Source: Octopus sinensis (Eukaryota). Taken from it: 64,000 nt of DNA. Below the pieces are notes generated by a model. That model had not been told where the DNA came from. It did no database searches and was given only the letters and a program-made list of their open reading frames with translations. How positions within the stretch are numbered: the stretch's first letter is position 1; each line of letters begins with the position of its first letter. The translations under genes and the position numbers were made by a program. Location: contig NC_042997.1 of assembly GCF_006345805.1 (NCBI RefSeq), forward strand, positions 141,918,001 through 141,982,000, written 5' to 3'. This document shows, piece by piece, positions 62,698-64,000 of this stretch.

Positions 62698-63314
62698 CTA
62701 AAGAAAAACACAAAACACAGCAGAAATTAATAAAAGACCTGATAAGATAAGAAAATGCAAGAAAAGTAAGTTGAAATTTAATCTTCCTAGACTGCAAGCA
62801 TTAAACTAACTTCAACAAAACCTAACAGATTGATGATAGCCACCAGTCAGTAACAAAATACCAACAATCTCAGCCTTTCTCCAAACAGAATGTGATCTTT
62901 AATATGATAAGCAGTCAACGGATTTACTGACTATTTAAGATATTCTCCATCAAGGGTTTGGGATTTTGCATTGAGAAAAAGAAATAAATCCTTATCTAAC
63001 ACCCTGATGAACTAAAAAGGCCCTACTTAATATGTAAGGGATGATAGCTGACTATCTTTGGGTACAAATGAATAATATTTAGTATTGTTCAGTAGTACCC
63101 AAAGAAATTTGGTTGGTATATCTAGCAGAAGAAACACACTGTACACAAAATCATTAATAAAAGCACTCAAATTACTACTTTTAAATATATCCATTACATT
63201 ATGTTTCAAACATTATATTGCTGACAGAATTAGTTTCAGATAAAATTTTACAATATTGGTTACAAGCTTCACTTTATATAGCCTCATTATTATTATTATT
63301 GTTGTTGTTGTTAA

Positions 63315-63520
63315 GGCGGTGAGCTGGCAGAATCATTAGCATGCCAGGCAAAATGCTTAGCAGTATTTTGTCTGCTGCTACATTCTGAGTTCAAATTCCA
63401 CCAAGGTCAACTTTGTCTTTCATCCTTCCAGGGTCAATAAATTAAGCACCAGTTGCAGACAGGTCGATTTAACAGACCCCCTCCTACAAAATTTCAGGCC
63501 TTGTGCCTATTGTAGAAAGG
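63315..63520 (+). mobile_element. SINE (same family as 51592-51797)
   Basis: ggcggtgagctggcagaatcattagc...gagttcaaattcc. Confidence 0.7.
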
Positions 63521-63861
63521 ATTGTTGTTAAACTATTTTACTTCAACATTTCCATGATTTTATAGGTAAGACAGTTTTTTTTCAAAAGGAGCAATTAATT
63601 TTATTGTTGGGCAGCTTTTCAAGTGTTAACTATTCAACCATGAAGGGATTACGCAAACTTGATTTTATGTATGTGAAACAACCCAGAAAAGGCAGAGTCA
63701 CGTGACATGCTAAAGAACACACAGCACAATGTCTGTAGCAGTGAAGTTTGAAGGCCACACAGTCAACTATATAAGTTAAGCATACACAACAAAAGATTAT
63801 TTACCACAAAAGAAATCCTAAATTTTAAAACTGAGTAGCATACCTTATTAACATATAGACA

Positions 63862-64000
63862 CATAGCTGTGTGGTTAGGAAGCTTGCTTCCAAGCTACAT
63901 GGTTTCAGGTTCAGTCCCACTGCATGGCACCTTGGTCAAGTGTCTTCTACTATAGCCTTGGGTCAACCAAAGCTTTGTAATTGAATTTGGTAGGTGTTTG
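63862..64000 (+). mobile_element. tRNA-derived SINE, runs off the window
   Basis: agctgtgtggttaggaagcttgc...ggttcagtcccactgcatggcaccttgg...aagtgtcttctactatagcc. Confidence 0.7.

Overview
AT-rich metazoan genomic DNA, very likely an octopod cephalopod (inferred from the RTE-LINE and tRNA-SINE repeats with (ATG)n tails; not verified). The window has three parts. (1) 1-6.2 kb: a young, 5'-truncated RTE LINE whose 3' end is tandemly amplified, then an inverted CRE+CCAAT module pair. (2) About 6.2-43.9 kb: a head-to-tail array of 29 full-length U6 snRNA genes. Each has a type-3 Pol III promoter (octamer at about -78, PSE-like box at -67..-48, TATA at -30). Units are about 1.1 kb (S) or 1.4 kb (L), with a duplicated 7.5-kb six-unit higher-order repeat, a homogenised centre, older shared variants at both edges, five point-variant U6 copies, a U6-less terminal unit split by a LINE, and an 81-bp inverted copy of sequence from just beyond the neighbouring gene's 3' end. 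(3) 46.7-62.7 kb: the last 13 coding exons of UBA2/SAE2 on the minus strand, convergent with the array, with introns full of SINEs, LINE fragments and MITEs. All coordinates, counts and alignments were read by eye. Array copy number may be affected by assembly collapse or expansion.
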